Source: Candidatus Cloacimonadales bacterium
Lineage (GTDB): Bacteria; Cloacimonadota; Cloacimonadia; Cloacimonadales; JAFGVF01
Assembly: GCA_963677495.2 (NCBI GenBank)
Contig: CAXXOU010000004.1
Coordinates: 1,280,001-1,344,000 of the forward strand
Reading direction: 5' to 3'
Length of the DNA stretch: 64,000 bases
Numbering within the stretch: position 1 is the stretch's first letter; every line of letters begins with the position of its first letter. The position numbers and the translations under genes were made by a program. Below the pieces are notes generated by a model. That model worked only from the letters and a program-made list of their open reading frames with translations, made no database searches and was not told the DNA's origin. Shown piece after piece: positions 11,117 through 20,816 of this stretch.

Positions 11117-12373
11117 TTAGCTATATATTTTACCTTTTCGAATCACACTCTTTATACTATTCAAAGCTTCAATGCCCTGATAAGGATTAAACAGATTAGT
11201 TCGTTCTTTTAGCTCATAACCATGATCAATATCTACTAAAATGAGATCAGCAAAGTATCCGGATTGAATTAAACCCTTATTATGTGATTCTCCGATGATA
11301 CGAGCCGGATTGGTGGATAGTAATCTGCATAGATGCATTAAGTTGTTATCATGCAAATCATGAATAACATTAAAAGCAAGGGGGATAAGATAATCAATAC
11401 CGCATAAACCGTTGGGTATCTTCATCAGTTCAGATTTATACTGCGTTTTATCAGAGATGCTAAATGGGCAATGATCTGTAGAAAGTAACTCAATAGCTCC
11501 TAACTGCACTAAACATATTAGGTTCTGTCTGTTTATAGCATCTCCGAAATAGGGACTACACAGATAGTTGTACCCATCACTTTTTTTGTAAACTTCATCT
11601 GTAAAAATCAGATATTGAGGACAAGTCTCATAAGTTACATATTCTGATTCAATATAGCTAACTGCATTGGATAGATGGACGACATGAAAATGTACCTTAG
11701 TTCTTTCAGCAATCTCCACTATTCTGTGAACAGCATATCTCTCGGCTCTTTGAGAATAGCTTGAATCAATATCTTCAACTTTTACGAACTGCTTTTCCTG
11801 TAATATCTCATCGTCCTGACAATGCACCATGATTGTAATCTCTTTATTTGAGAAACGCTTAGCAAAAGATTCTATCTGTTCATATGTTGAGAAGAGTCCG
11901 TTCTTTTTGTAGGTAGTATAGAACTTGAACGTATTCCAACCATTATCAATCAGTTCTTCAATATCTCTTAAGTCATTAGGAGAGAATGAAGTCGGAGTTA
12001 AGTGCCAATGAATATCTGTAGTAATTATGGATTTATACTTATTAACAGTGTCCTCTATCGTTTGTTTCAAAGTCATTCCCTTTTTTTGGGTAATGAAGCT
12101 ACAAATAGTAGTAATACCTGATTGCAACGCTACTTTAGAACCTTTCTCATACGTATCTGCTATATAATATTCTCCAATCTTATCTTGCAGATGAACATGA
12201 AAGTCAATAAATCCGGGAAAGAGGTGTAAACCTTTTGCATCAATTACTTGCACATCTTCGGCTAAGATATCAGGTTTTACTTGTTCAATCATATCCCCTG
12301 ATATTAAAACATCAGCATCAGTAACATGATTCGGATTAACAACTTTAGCATTCTTGATCAGTAATTTAGACAT
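11117..12373 (-). CDS. Dihydropyrimidinase/hydantoinase (cyclic amidohydrolase, HydA/HyuA-like)
   Basis: PGFIDFHVH, FKFY (carbamylated Lys), VHCQD, HVVHLS, ETCPQYL, TDHCPF. Start moved to MSKLL at 12373. Confidence 0.8.
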   Translation of the reverse strand: MSKLLIKNAKVVNPNHVTDADVLISGDMIEQVKPDILAEDVQVIDAKGLHLFPGFIDFHVHLQDKIGEYYIADTYEKGSKVALQSGITTICSFITQKKGMTLKQTIEDTVNKYKSIITTDIHWHLTPTSFSPNDLRDIEELIDNGWNTFKFYTTYKKNGLFSTYEQIESFAKRFSNKEITIMVHCQDDEILQEKQFVKVEDIDSSYSQRAERYAVHRIVEIAERTKVHFHVVHLSNAVSYIESEYVTYETCPQYLIFTDEVYKKSDGYNYLCSPYFGDAINRQNLICLVQLGAIELLSTDHCPFSISDKTQYKSELMKIPNGLCGIDYLIPLAFNVIHDLHDNNLMHLCRLLSTNPARIIGESHNKGLIQSGYFADLILVDIDHGYELKERTNLFNPYQGIEALNSIKSVIRKGKIYS

Positions 12374-13517
12374 TCTTTTTTGCACTCTCTATATCTTTTA
12401 GTCCATGTCCCGTAACTAATAGGACAACTTGCTCATCTGCTTTTACTACACCTTTAAGACTATCTAAAGCTGAATATGTAACTGCAGCTGCAGGTTCTGC
12501 GAAAATACCTGATTTCCTGAAAAGGGCTTTTTGAGCTTTAAGTATCTCCTCTTCAGGTACATTAACTGTTATACCATTGAATTGTTTTACATAATCTGAC
12601 GCCATATAGACGTTCGAAGGAGCCTTAACACTGATTGAATCAGCAATTGTATTAGGGTTTATTGCATCTCTATAAACCCCTGTTTCAATACAATTATTGA
12701 TAGCATCAGAGGTAGCTGTTTGCACAGAAACCAGTCTTGGTAGTTTGTTAATAAAACCAACCGTATATAAATCCTCAAAGCCTTTTGCGACTCCGGAAAG
12801 AATAACACCATCACCTACAGGAATTACAATATAATCGGGGACTTTGAATCCATTCTGCTCATAAATTTCAAAAGCTACTGTTTTCTTTCCCTCAATAGTT
12901 AGAGGATGATATGCAGTGTTTCTGTTAAGCGTTCCATTAGTAATTGTATCATCAATTGATACTTTAAAAGCATCATCATAAGTTCCTTCTACTTCAATAA
13001 CTTCAGCACCGCTAAGTTTCATCTGTATCAGCTTTGCTTCAGGAGCAGAAGCAGGCACATATATCTTTGCTTTTATATCAGTTGAAGCACAGATTGTAGC
13101 TAAGGCAGATGCTGCATTTCCGGTCGAAGCACAAACAACCTCTTTCCTATTCAGTCTGTTTGCTTCCGCGACAACTAAAAATGAAGCTCTGTCCTTTAAA
13201 GAACCGCTTGGATTGCAACCATCAAACTTAATAGATACATTGAAGCCAAACTCATCACTTAACTTGTCAGATCTGAAGAAAGGAGTATTACCTATACTTA
13301 TTGGTGGGAAATACTTGCTATTCACAGGCGAAAAGAGATTCCAGTCAGGTTGTTTGAAATTAAACTCACGCTTAATCTTCTCGTAATCAAGCACAGTCTT
13401 CAAGACCCCTTTTAATGGAGTACCGGGAGTCCAATCTTTCCCACACACATCACATAAATAATGAATCTCTTCAGTTGAGTACTTCTTCCCGCACTCTATG
13501 CACTCATAGTACTGCAT
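12366..13517 (-). CDS. Threonine synthase-like fold-type II PLP enzyme
   Basis: N-terminal CxxC..CxxC, NPSGSLKDR (PLP Lys), ASTGNAA, PVGDG, EPAAA, TGHGLKD. Confidence 0.85.
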   Translation of the reverse strand: MQYYECIECGKKYSTEEIHYLCDVCGKDWTPGTPLKGVLKTVLDYEKIKREFNFKQPDWNLFSPVNSKYFPPISIGNTPFFRSDKLSDEFGFNVSIKFDGCNPSGSLKDRASFLVVAEANRLNRKEVVCASTGNAASALATICASTDIKAKIYVPASAPEAKLIQMKLSGAEVIEVEGTYDDAFKVSIDDTITNGTLNRNTAYHPLTIEGKKTVAFEIYEQNGFKVPDYIVIPVGDGVILSGVAKGFEDLYTVGFINKLPRLVSVQTATSDAINNCIETGVYRDAINPNTIADSISVKAPSNVYMASDYVKQFNGITVNVPEEEILKAQKALFRKSGIFAEPAAAVTYSALDSLKGVVKADEQVVLLVTGHGLKDIESAKKNV

Positions 13518-13518
13518 T

Positions 13519-14721
13519 CTACTTACCGTTCAATTGTGCAACCAATCCGGCATAGAAAGCTGTAGCATCGCTTAAATCAGATACTCTTATTCTTTCATTC
13601 GGTGCATGAGCTTGATCTTCGTCACCGGGACCGAATCCCATACATTTAATTTCTGGATGTTTCCCCATTATGAAAACACAGTTTGTTGAGAAAGTCCATT
13701 TATCGATAAGTGGTTTCTTGTTAAATATATTAATAAAAGCTGATTCTGCTGTTTTAAGGTAGGGTGAATCCTTTTCTAAAACCCAGGTTGGATAATATTT
13801 TTCAACAGGATATACTTTTCCAGTATAGGCTTTTTCTTCGTAAGTAAGAACCTTAATGTTTGCTTCCACACCTGCTTTTTCTGCACATTCATTCAACTGC
13901 TTTACAGCAAGTTCCTTCGTTTCTCCATCGGTCAGTCTTCTATCAACTTGGAGATATGCATAATCAGCTACAGCACATTGAGAAGGGCTATCGGATTTGA
14001 ATACTGAAGTTGTAATTGTCCCTTTTCCAAGAAAATCATCATGCATGAGATTATCGTTCAGTTTTTCAATCTCTAATGCTATGCGAGCCATTTTGTAGAT
14101 AGCATTGTCCCCTCTTTCCGGAGCTGAACCATGACAAGAAATCCCTTTTACTTCAGCTGATATTTCCATTCTACCGCGTTGTCCACGATAGATATTAAGG
14201 GAAGTCGGTTCAGTGCTGACAACAAGCTCAGGTCTTATATTATCTTCCTTAATCATGTGTTCCCAGGCAATTCCATCGCAATCCTCTTCCATCACAGTCC
14301 CTGTAAAGAGGATAGTAAACTCATTATTCAAATCTAATTCTTTAATCAGTTTGGCAGCATAAACCATAGATGCTAAACCGCCTTTTTGATCAGAAGTACC
14401 TCTTCCCCACAGATACCCGTCAGCAATGTGTCCGCTAAACGGTTCAAAATCCCAATTCTCTCTGTTGCCGGGATATACTGTATCGATATGAGCATCGAAA
14501 GCTATGAGTCTTTTACCACTACCTATTCTGCCAATAATAGAGCCTAAAGCATCGATTTTAATCTCATCAAATTCAAGCTTTTCCATTTCTTTCTTGATTA
14601 CTTCTACTACATCTTTCTCTTTCATCGAAAATGAAGGAGTCTGAACTAAACGGGAAAGAAAGTCTGCTATCTCGGGTTCAATTTCTTTTGCTCTATCTAA
14701 AATCTTCTTATACATTTCCAT
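13519..14721 (-). CDS. ygeY: YgeY-family M20 metallohydrolase
   Basis: FDAHIDTV, GRGTSDQKGG, TVMEEDCDG, TEPT, RGQRGRMEI, CHGSAPERG, WTFSTN, AHAPNE. Confidence 0.88.
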   Translation of the reverse strand: MEMYKKILDRAKEIEPEIADFLSRLVQTPSFSMKEKDVVEVIKKEMEKLEFDEIKIDALGSIIGRIGSGKRLIAFDAHIDTVYPGNRENWDFEPFSGHIADGYLWGRGTSDQKGGLASMVYAAKLIKELDLNNEFTILFTGTVMEEDCDGIAWEHMIKEDNIRPELVVSTEPTSLNIYRGQRGRMEISAEVKGISCHGSAPERGDNAIYKMARIALEIEKLNDNLMHDDFLGKGTITTSVFKSDSPSQCAVADYAYLQVDRRLTDGETKELAVKQLNECAEKAGVEANIKVLTYEEKAYTGKVYPVEKYYPTWVLEKDSPYLKTAESAFINIFNKKPLIDKWTFSTNCVFIMGKHPEIKCMGFGPGDEDQAHAPNERIRVSDLSDATAFYAGLVAQLNGK

Positions 14722-14730
14722 TAATATCTC

Positions 14731-16059
14731 CTAAAATCTCTTCCATAATTCTTTTGATAACGCTCTTGACCTTTTATTTATCTCAACTTCATCTAAATCA
14801 AGAGTAAGTAACTTGTTTTCCATAAGGATTCTACCATTACAGATGGTCGTATCAACCGGGGTAGCACTTATCCCATATATTAAATGTCCAAGGGCAGTTG
14901 AACTGCTTAGTTCGGTTGGTGCAAGGTAGTCACATAGTATAACATCAGCTTTATAGCCTTTATTGATTTGACCTGTTTGCAGGCCATTAAACAGACGATT
15001 AACTATCAGGGCATTGTTCTTGTACAAAGTATTTGCAACTTGCATAAATGCAGCGGTAGGATTCTCTTGTTTAAGATGTTGAGCCCACATTGCTACTCGC
15101 ACTTCCTGAGCCATATCAACAGTCATAGCATCAGTACCTAATCCGGTTAGAATACCATGATTATTGAGCTTCACAAGATCAGCTATACCAACAGCATTAT
15201 TCATGTTTGATTGAGGGTTATGCACGATAATCGTATCTGTACTTCCCAGTATATCATACTCTTCTTCATTAAGATGTACACCATGGGCACAGATTGTTTT
15301 TTGTCCGAGTACCCCTGCTTTATGAAGTCTTTCAACGACACGCAAACCTGTCATTTTAATAGTTTCCTGCTGGTCACTTTCAGCTTCTGCACAATGAATA
15401 TGAAAGCCTGTGTCAAAGCCATTATTGGCATCAACAGCCTTTTGCATCGTCTTATCTGAGATTGTGAATGATGCATGCATTCCGAACATACCTGAGAGCA
15501 TATCACTATTCCGTTTTTTAGTATGCTTTATGAACTCAATATTCTCCTGAATACCTTCTTCCATTATCTTAGCACCATCCCTGTCGGAAAGCTCATAACA
15601 TAAGCTTCCTCTCAATCCCGTTTGGACAAAACCCTTCTCTATCTCGGAAAGTGAGCCTAACACAGCATAAGGGCTTGCATGATGGTCTATAAGAGTAGTG
15701 CAACCTTTTTTGATTGCTTCTATTTGCATGATTAATGCACTGTAATGTACATCTTCAAGCATCAGCTTTCTATCCAGACGCCACCATAGATTTTTAAGAA
15801 CTTCACTGAAGTCAGCTGATGGTTCAGCTTTCCCGAGACCTCGAACCATAGTGGAATAGAAATGCATATGAGCATTTATGTATCCCGGCATGATAACTTT
15901 TCCGGTTGCATCTATTTCTTTATCGAAAGAGCCATCTGCTGTACCTTTAGGATAGAATCCTTCTATCAATTCATCTTGAATCACCAGATCATGGTTGTAT
16001 AAAACATCCTGCTTAGTATTCAGGGTTATAATAATCCCATTCTTTATTCTAATTCGCAT
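14731..16059 (-). CDS. ssnA: SsnA-family amidohydrolase
   Basis: NAHMHFYS, LWWRLD, DHHASP, GMHASFT, HIHCAE, HNPQSNMNNAVG, GTD. Confidence 0.88.
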   Translation of the reverse strand: MRIRIKNGIIITLNTKQDVLYNHDLVIQDELIEGFYPKGTADGSFDKEIDATGKVIMPGYINAHMHFYSTMVRGLGKAEPSADFSEVLKNLWWRLDRKLMLEDVHYSALIMQIEAIKKGCTTLIDHHASPYAVLGSLSEIEKGFVQTGLRGSLCYELSDRDGAKIMEEGIQENIEFIKHTKKRNSDMLSGMFGMHASFTISDKTMQKAVDANNGFDTGFHIHCAEAESDQQETIKMTGLRVVERLHKAGVLGQKTICAHGVHLNEEEYDILGSTDTIIVHNPQSNMNNAVGIADLVKLNNHGILTGLGTDAMTVDMAQEVRVAMWAQHLKQENPTAAFMQVANTLYKNNALIVNRLFNGLQTGQINKGYKADVILCDYLAPTELSSSTALGHLIYGISATPVDTTICNGRILMENKLLTLDLDEVEINKRSRALSKELWKRF

Positions 16060-16068
16060 AATAAATCC

Positions 16069-18531
16069 TTATTCCTTCAAAGCTTCCGATTCTTCTTGAG
16101 TGCGCTCACGCATAAACATAGCTCCGGTAAAGCACTTTTGCACACAAATACTACATCCTATACACTTTTCAGGATTTGTTTCTGGAATACCCTCTTTATT
16201 CAATTCAATTGCCATATATGGACAACGAGCACAGTTTCCACACGATAAACATAACTCTGCATTTACATCTGAAATCTTCTTAACAGAGTTCAGGTCCAAG
16301 AAATCAGTAACAGGATTAGGTAATGCAACCCCTCGAAGTTCAGCAACACTTTTGAGCCCTTTCTCCTGCAAATAATATGATAATCCTTCATGCAAATCAG
16401 TTATATAATTAACACCATACTTAGTTGGTGCTGTACAGAACTGAACAGTTCCCGCACCCAAAGCTAAGAAATCTGCAGCAGCTTTGTAGTTCATCGGCCC
16501 ACCATTACCGGAGATATATAAACCTTCATTTGATGCATTAGCGAGTGTAAGATTAGAGATATTTCTAACCCCTTCCCCACTCAAACCAACGATAATACCT
16601 TCGTCCCACTCAGCTTTGCCAGTATCTCTAAATTCAAGAGATGGGAACGAATTAGCTAAAGTAACTCCTGCTTTTTTATTCGGATATTTATCCATTACGG
16701 CTTTTATGGCTCTAAGAATTGGCACGACAGATGTAACCGCGCCGGTGAGTTTAAATAGTTTAGGAACCGCAGGATTAGATACTTCCATGATCCACTCTAC
16801 AATCTTGCCTGTAAGCTTTGCGTTCTGAGAAACAATATCACCTTCAGTTCCATCTCCACCTTGAGGGCATGATAGCGAATACTCTACTCCATGCACTCCT
16901 GCAGCTTCAAGTTTCTTCGTATTTGATTGCCAAACTGCTTTATCCTCTTCATCATTACCAGTCACAGGTCCACCCGTAGATACCATTATCAGTCTATCAG
17001 GGTATTCCTCAACCAGTTGGGCTGCTTCCTTTGCTGCTCTTTCTAAAGGGTGACCTGAAACATTATCGCAATTTGCATAAGTATCATTTGTTATTTTAAA
17101 CATATACTCACCGGGGATATGGATATCAAGACCATCAAAGACAGTCTTCATTACTCCGCCTGCCCATCCGGCATCTAGGGCTTTCTTCATCTGCTCATAA
17201 CCATCAGATGGTGGGGCTGCTGAAAGAATAAAAGGAGATTGTAAAGTCTTACCAAAGAAATCACAGCTAATATCAATCGGGTGCTTAATAGTCCCATGTA
17301 ACTCAATATCTGAATGTAAATCATTCTCAGTCTTTGATATCACTATATTATTAATTGATGCATCAACTCGTTTTGCACAATTTTTACCTGATGCAACAGC
17401 TTCAACAACAGTGGATGCTCCATTCTTGTAATCACCTGCAAAGAACACATCTTTATGTTCTTCAAAATTGGTTTCTTGTCTTGAGCCTATCGCCCAGACT
17501 ATGTAATCATAGTTATTTATAAAATGCTCTGAACCTTTTATCGCTTTAATTCCCTGCAATGAAAACATTTCGCTTTCCAGTTTTACTCTTTCACCTGCTA
17601 CACTGAAATGCGTTGAGTTTGTTTTAGTGATAGCTGTAACACGCGTACGATAAATGGTATTAACATTGTTTTCTCTCAGTTCTTCTCGCTCTTTTTCTGA
17701 TAGTAGCATCTCAGAAGTGTTCTCAAGCATTATCATATCAACTAAAGCAGCTTCAGCTTTCTGGGCTGTCACTGCACAATCAAGAGCAATAGCTCCACCA
17801 CCAATCACGGCTATTGATTTACCGGAAAGGTCATCATCCAGCTTTAAAAACTTATCCCACCCGATTCCATATTCTTTACCGGGAACAGGTAAACTCATCA
17901 CATCCCAAAGACCTGTTGCTATAATCACTGCTTCATAGTCAGCTCTTAACTTATTTAAATCAGTAATCTCAGTATCGGGGAAGAACTGAATCCTATCCTC
18001 ATTCATAAAGTATTCGATATCCTCTCTCAGGATTGAATTATCAAGTCTATGGTCAGGTATATAAAGTATTGCCCCACCTATTTCTATCTCTCTATCATAA
18101 AGATCGATATTGTATCCCAATTGAGCTAACACTACTGTTGCACCCCATCCTGCCGGACCTGCACCCAGGATTGCTATAGTTTTATTGTTCCACTCAGGAA
18201 GCCTAAATTCAGGCATCGCATCCAATTCTCTTGCTTTTGCCATTATTGTAGCTTGGCAGTCAGGTATGTTAATAGCTCCATCAAAGAGTTTATGGGAACA
18301 TGCATCCATACAATGCTTATCAGGGCAGACATTCCCGCATACTGAACCAAGTGGATTCATAGAGAGTATCTTACTTGCAGCTCTTCTAAAACCACTCTTC
18401 TCCCCCATTTTTACTGCCATAAGAAAGTCTGCCGGACTACATCCGACCGGACAGGCAGTCATACAGGGTTTCTCTTCACAATAAGCACATCTTTCTATCT
18501 CGCTCTTTAATTGTGCATCAGTTAGTCGCAT
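16069..18531 (-). CDS. Fused dihydropyrimidine dehydrogenase-like flavo-Fe-S protein (PreT-like N-half, PreA-like FMN barrel, ferredoxin domain)
   Basis: CAYCEEKPCMTACP, CGNVCP..C...C, GAGPAG, GGGAIA; then SAAPP, KT, LSCPQG, KLT, GLSG; C-terminal Cys clusters including CIGCSICVQKC. Confidence 0.82.
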   Translation of the reverse strand: MRLTDAQLKSEIERCAYCEEKPCMTACPVGCSPADFLMAVKMGEKSGFRRAASKILSMNPLGSVCGNVCPDKHCMDACSHKLFDGAINIPDCQATIMAKARELDAMPEFRLPEWNNKTIAILGAGPAGWGATVVLAQLGYNIDLYDREIEIGGAILYIPDHRLDNSILREDIEYFMNEDRIQFFPDTEITDLNKLRADYEAVIIATGLWDVMSLPVPGKEYGIGWDKFLKLDDDLSGKSIAVIGGGAIALDCAVTAQKAEAALVDMIMLENTSEMLLSEKEREELRENNVNTIYRTRVTAITKTNSTHFSVAGERVKLESEMFSLQGIKAIKGSEHFINNYDYIVWAIGSRQETNFEEHKDVFFAGDYKNGASTVVEAVASGKNCAKRVDASINNIVISKTENDLHSDIELHGTIKHPIDISCDFFGKTLQSPFILSAAPPSDGYEQMKKALDAGWAGGVMKTVFDGLDIHIPGEYMFKITNDTYANCDNVSGHPLERAAKEAAQLVEEYPDRLIMVSTGGPVTGNDEEDKAVWQSNTKKLEAAGVHGVEYSLSCPQGGDGTEGDIVSQNAKLTGKIVEWIMEVSNPAVPKLFKLTGAVTSVVPILRAIKAVMDKYPNKKAGVTLANSFPSLEFRDTGKAEWDEGIIVGLSGEGVRNISNLTLANASNEGLYISGNGGPMNYKAAADFLALGAGTVQFCTAPTKYGVNYITDLHEGLSYYLQEKGLKSVAELRGVALPNPVTDFLDLNSVKKISDVNAELCLSCGNCARCPYMAIELNKEGIPETNPEKCIGCSICVQKCFTGAMFMRERTQEESEALKE

Positions 18532-20816
18532 CTCTTCTCCTCTTTTTTAGAAATAGCCATTAATACAGCTTCCGGAGTTGCCGGAAACTTCAAATTGTCA
18601 TTATTCGGATTACTCCTTTTCAAGACATCAAAAAGAGCTAACCACACTGATAGTCCATATATTAGCGGAGGTTCACCCACAGCTTTACTACCCATAACAC
18701 TTGCATGTTCACGCTCTACTGTTACCATTTCTACATTAAAATCATCAGGGATATCCATAATGCATGGAATCTTATAGGTTGAAGGATTTACTGCTAAATA
18801 GCGGCCTTTCCCGTCATAAGGCAGTTCCTCCATTGTACACAGTCCGAACCCTTGAGTAAAAGCTCCATAGATTTGCCCTTTATCAACTTCAGTGTTTATT
18901 GGCGAGGAGCTATCATGCACAATTGCAACCTTTTTGAGAGAGTATTCACCTGTATATAAATCAACTTCTACTACTGATAAAGCAGCCCCATAAACGAAGT
19001 AAGCAAAAGGTCTACCTTTTCCTTTATCATGGTCAAACTTAATTCCGGGTGTGTGATAAAAGCCATGAGCACCTAGATCAACACAATTGAAGTAGGCATA
19101 ATGAACCATTTCTGCAAATTGTACGACTGTAGTACCTGACACGAAACAATCATCTTCGATTCTAATCTCATCTACCCGATTAAGGCCTTTCTCATCCCAA
19201 TAGTTCCCTGCTATCTTCATTAATCTTTCTTTAAGTATCAAAGCAGCATTTCGGGCAGCATACCCATTAATATCACTACCGGTAGATGCAGCTGTTGGAG
19301 AGGCATTACCTACTCGTTTAGTATTAGCTGATTCGATTCTAATTCTATCCATACCAACACCAAGCGTCTCCGCAACAACCTGACAGACTTTAGTGTTAAC
19401 CTGTTGTCCCATCTCGATTCCACCATGTGATACAGAGATGGTTCCATCAGCATAAACCCAGATTAAGGAGGAACCCTGATTAAGAAATCCGGCAGTAAAA
19501 GATATACCAAACTTACCCGGAACAACTCCTATTCCCTGTTTAGTGTGAGAATGCTCTGAGTTGAAATTATCAACTTCCTCTTTGAGTTTATTGTACTGAA
19601 CATTATCCTTCAACACTTCCAGCATTTCACCACCCACAGGTTCAAACACTTCCATTCCATAAGGTGTGGTCTGATTCTCTTTGTAGCAGTTTATGCGTCT
19701 AATCTCTAAAGCATCTATTCCCAGTTTTTGTGCTGCGATATCAAGAGCATACTCGATACTCATGATACCCTGAGGTGCACCAAAACCTCTAAATGCTGTG
19801 TTTGGAGGTAGATTTGTCCTGCATGGATAACCAACAAACGATGAGTTCGGGATATAATAAGCATGGTCTGAGTGATACAACCCTCTTTCCAGTATTGCTA
19901 TTGATAGGTCTGTGTAAGCACCACCATTTGAATAGAGAATATTCTCAAAAGCTGTTATAGTTCCATCATTCTTAATACCAAGCTTAAACTTATTTTTAAA
20001 AGGGTGTCTTTTCCCCGTAGATTGCATATCAGTTGGTCTTCTCAATTGTAGTAGTACAGGCTTCTTTGATACATATGCTCCTAGAGCTGACAATGCTCCC
20101 CAAAGTGTGGCTTGTGATTCTTTTCCGCCAAATGCTCCACCTAACCTTTTCACATCAACAGTAATCTGATTAGATGTTAAACCTAAGACCTTAGCAGTTA
20201 CTTCCTGAGTCTCGGAAGTTGATTGTGTTGATGAATACAGAGTAAAACTTCCATTATCTTCAGGAATACTCAAACAGCGTTGGGTCTCTAAGTAGAAATG
20301 CTCCTGAGCCCCGGTTTCAATTGTCTTTTCAATAATCAGATCAGCTTCTTCGAAACCTTTTAACAGGTCGCCCCTCTTAATCATTCTGGGGTTTATATAG
20401 TATTCACTCGCTTCAACTGCATCATCTATTGATAGAATAGGTTTCAGTTCCTTAATCTCAAGTTTCACTTTACTTGCTGCGTATTCAGCGGTCCAGGCAT
20501 CATTTGCTAAAACAATGGCAATCGGTTGTCCATAATACTTAACTATCTTTTCTGGCAATAAAGGCTGATTATCCCCATTCCCATGGGCAATGTTATTCTC
20601 TCCCGGAATATCTTTAGCTGTAACTACTCTAATATTCCCTTCAATCTGCTTCAATTCGGAAGTATCAATTGATACAATCTCCCCATGAGCAATCTCTGAA
20701 GTGACAACATGGGCATAAAGCATTCCTTGCGGTATATTCTCCTCCCCTATGAACCTCGAAGTACCACAGACATGGAGTTTCCCGCTTAAATGTTTACTTT
20801 CTTTAACTTTATTCAT
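18522..20816 (-). CDS. xdhB: Xanthine dehydrogenase molybdopterin-binding subunit
   Basis: QEHFYLETQ, STQ, GGAFGGKES, AFRGFG, HGGIEMGQ, SPTAAS, SKAVGEPP. Confidence 0.9.
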   Translation of the reverse strand: MNKVKESKHLSGKLHVCGTSRFIGEENIPQGMLYAHVVTSEIAHGEIVSIDTSELKQIEGNIRVVTAKDIPGENNIAHGNGDNQPLLPEKIVKYYGQPIAIVLANDAWTAEYAASKVKLEIKELKPILSIDDAVEASEYYINPRMIKRGDLLKGFEEADLIIEKTIETGAQEHFYLETQRCLSIPEDNGSFTLYSSTQSTSETQEVTAKVLGLTSNQITVDVKRLGGAFGGKESQATLWGALSALGAYVSKKPVLLQLRRPTDMQSTGKRHPFKNKFKLGIKNDGTITAFENILYSNGGAYTDLSIAILERGLYHSDHAYYIPNSSFVGYPCRTNLPPNTAFRGFGAPQGIMSIEYALDIAAQKLGIDALEIRRINCYKENQTTPYGMEVFEPVGGEMLEVLKDNVQYNKLKEEVDNFNSEHSHTKQGIGVVPGKFGISFTAGFLNQGSSLIWVYADGTISVSHGGIEMGQQVNTKVCQVVAETLGVGMDRIRIESANTKRVGNASPTAASTGSDINGYAARNAALILKERLMKIAGNYWDEKGLNRVDEIRIEDDCFVSGTTVVQFAEMVHYAYFNCVDLGAHGFYHTPGIKFDHDKGKGRPFAYFVYGAALSVVEVDLYTGEYSLKKVAIVHDSSSPINTEVDKGQIYGAFTQGFGLCTMEELPYDGKGRYLAVNPSTYKIPCIMDIPDDFNVEMVTVEREHASVMGSKAVGEPPLIYGLSVWLALFDVLKRSNPNNDNLKFPATPEAVLMAISKKEEKRCD

